Shown here one piece after another: positions 62,123-64,000 of a stretch of DNA of 64,000 nucleotides; positions within the stretch are counted from its first letter, which is position 1, and each line of letters starts with the position of its first letter. The notes under the pieces are model-generated. The model did no database searches. It was not told the origin of the DNA and saw only the letters and a program-made list of their open reading frames with translations. The position numbers and the translations under genes were made by a program. Source of the stretch: Nitrospirota bacterium (GTDB taxonomy: Bacteria; Nitrospirota; UBA9217); NCBI GenBank assembly GCA_963840455.1, contig CAWIYV010000011.1, positions 416,001 through 480,000 of the forward strand, read 5' to 3'.

Positions 62123-62215
62123 ACGGGGCCTTTGAGGAACAGGGGCAAGGGTTCAGGGGCCAGGGTCAAGGGTAAATCGAGACAGAAAGAGGAAGATCGG
62201 CAAACAGAACAAGCG

Positions 62216-63817
62216 ATGAGCTACGCGGAAGAGATAAGCAAGCGGCGGACCTTCGCCATCATCAGCCACCCCGACGCGGGCAAGACGACGCTCACGGAAA
62301 AGCTCCTGCTCTTCGGCGGGGCGATCCAGACCGCCGGCGCCGTGAAGTCCAACAAAATACGGAAGAGCACCTCCTCGGACTTCATGGATATCGAACGTCA
62401 GCGCGGCATCTCCGTGGCCACGTCGGTCATGGGCTTCGAGTACAACGGGCTCAAGATCAACCTGCTGGACACGCCGGGCCACAAGGACTTCGCCGAGGAC
62501 ACCTACCGGACGCTCACGGCCGTGGACAGCGTCATCCTGGTGGTGGACTGCGTCAAGGGCGTTGAGGAGCAGACCGAGAAGCTCATGAACGTCTGCCGCA
62601 TGCGGAACACGCCGGTCATCGTCTTCGTGAACAAGCTGGACCGCGAAGGCAAGGATCCCTTCGAGCTCCTGGACGAGCTCGAGACGAAGCTGAACATCCG
62701 CGTGCAGCCCCTGTCCTGGCCCATCAGCATGGGCATGTCCTTCAAGGGCGTGTACAACCTCTTCAACAAAAGCCTTCGCCTCTTCCGGCCCGGCGGCGTG
62801 ACCGTGGCCGAGGACGTGCTGGGGATCAAGGGCCTTGACGACCCCGTGCTGGACCAGCAGCTCGGCGACTATGCCGTGAAGCTCCGCGAGGAGGCGTCGC
62901 TCATCGAGGGCGCCTACGAGCCTTTTGATGTGCAGAAGTACCTGGACGGGAGCCTCGCGCCGGTGTTCTTCGGCAGCGCCATCAACAACTTCGGTGTGAA
63001 GGAGCTGCTCGACACCTTCACGCGCATCGCCCCACCGCCGCTCGGCAGGCCGTCCACCGTCCGAACCGTGACGCCTGACGAGAAGAACTTCACCGGCTTC
63101 GTCTTTAAGATCCACGCGAACCTGGACCCCCGCCACCGCGACCGCATCGCCTTTCTGCGCATCTGCTCGGGCCGCTTCGAGCGGAACAAGCTGTTCCACC
63201 ACGTGCGGCTGGACAAGAACATCCGGTTCAACAGCCCGGCCAGCTTCCTGGGCCAGCGAAAGAGCATCATCGACGAGGCCTTTCCCGGGGACGTGATCGG
63301 CCTGTACGACACGGGGAACTTCAAGATCGGCGACACCCTGACCGAGGGGGAGAACATCCAGTTCCAGGGCATCCCGAGCTTCTCGCCCGAGATCTTCAAG
63401 GAGCTGGTGAACCTGGACCCCGGAAAGTCCAAGCAGCTCGCCAAGGGCATCGAGCAGCTCACCGACGAGGGCGTGGCCCAGCTCTTCACCCAGCAGCAGG
63501 GGAATAGAAGAATTGTGGGTACCGTGGGCGAACTCCAGTTCGATGTGATCCAGTACCGGCTGGAGCACGAGTACAACGCCAGGTGCCGCTTCATGCGCAT
63601 GGATATCCACAAGGCCTGCTGGTTCACCGCCGATGACCCGAAGGTCATCGAGAAGTTCTGCCAATACCGGTGGGACCGCATTGCCATGGACAAGGACGGG
63701 AACCTCGTGTACCTGGCCGAATCTGCCTGGATCATCAAGAGCCTGCAGCAGGACTTCCCCGAGATCCACTTCCACTACACATCGGAGTTCAAAAGGGAGA
63801 TGCAGGAGGCGGGATAG
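62216..63817 (+). CDS. prfC: Peptide chain release factor 3
   Basis: [25 protein letters not shown] and NKLD. Confidence 0.98.
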   Translation: MSYAEEISKRRTFAIISHPDAGKTTLTEKLLLFGGAIQTAGAVKSNKIRKSTSSDFMDIERQRGISVATSVMGFEYNGLKINLLDTPGHKDFAEDTYRTLTAVDSVILVVDCVKGVEEQTEKLMNVCRMRNTPVIVFVNKLDREGKDPFELLDELETKLNIRVQPLSWPISMGMSFKGVYNLFNKSLRLFRPGGVTVAEDVLGIKGLDDPVLDQQLGDYAVKLREEASLIEGAYEPFDVQKYLDGSLAPVFFGSAINNFGVKELLDTFTRIAPPPLGRPSTVRTVTPDEKNFTGFVFKIHANLDPRHRDRIAFLRICSGRFERNKLFHHVRLDKNIRFNSPASFLGQRKSIIDEAFPGDVIGLYDTGNFKIGDTLTEGENIQFQGIPSFSPEIFKELVNLDPGKSKQLAKGIEQLTDEGVAQLFTQQQGNRRIVGTVGELQFDVIQYRLEHEYNARCRFMRMDIHKACWFTADDPKVIEKFCQYRWDRIAMDKDGNLVYLAESAWIIKSLQQDFPEIHFHYTSEFKREMQEAG

Positions 63818-63955
63818 GTCAGGGAACAAGGGACCAGGACGCGGCAGTACCGGTCAGACCCGCCCCCCATGTCCCCTTGCACTTCGTCCGGAGGCCGGGT
63901 AGAATGCTTTCCGGCCCCGGCAGGGGCCCTCATCGATCGTACAAGGAGGAAACCC

Positions 63956-64000
63956 ATGGTCAGAAGAACGTTCTTGATCGTCCCGGTCCTTTGCTTCGTC
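63956..64000 (+). CDS. Start of an exported protein, truncated by the window end
   Basis: AAGGAGG RBS, then MVRRTFLIVPVLCFV. Confidence 0.5.
   Translation, partial: MVRRTFLIVPVLCFV

Overview
High-GC bacterial chromosomal window, mostly encoded on the minus strand. Gene content suggests an anaerobe from Nitrospirota or Desulfobacterota (inference). It carries pckG, a GAF-GGDEF cyclase, dnaJ-hspR-clpB, pilMNOPQ with a small MerR-like HTH gene in front and a lower-GC lipoprotein behind, and a NuoE/NuoF/FeS/NuoG-like (HydCBA/Bfu-type) cluster ending in a Ni-CO dehydrogenase. It also carries cytochrome c genes (triheme c7, a 13-heme protein plus cytochrome b, CcdA/thioredoxin), several c-di-GMP signalling proteins, a tightly coupled putative exopolysaccharide operon, a FadL-type porin, perR-fprA-rubredoxin, the atpF'FHAGDC operon and prfC. 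Three things stand out. (1) A ~115-bp two-hairpin dispersed element (TTGAA...TTCA, no target duplication, hypervariable centre) occurs 6 times, plus one collapsed copy. (2) The HEAT/GT2/GH/CE4/TPR-porin operon looks like a synthase-dependent polysaccharide system with an unusual parts list. (3) The CODH sits behind a module with electron-bifurcation signatures and a catalytically empty Fdh-like subunit. No rRNA, tRNA, CRISPR array or transposase was recognised. All calls were made by eye, without database searches.
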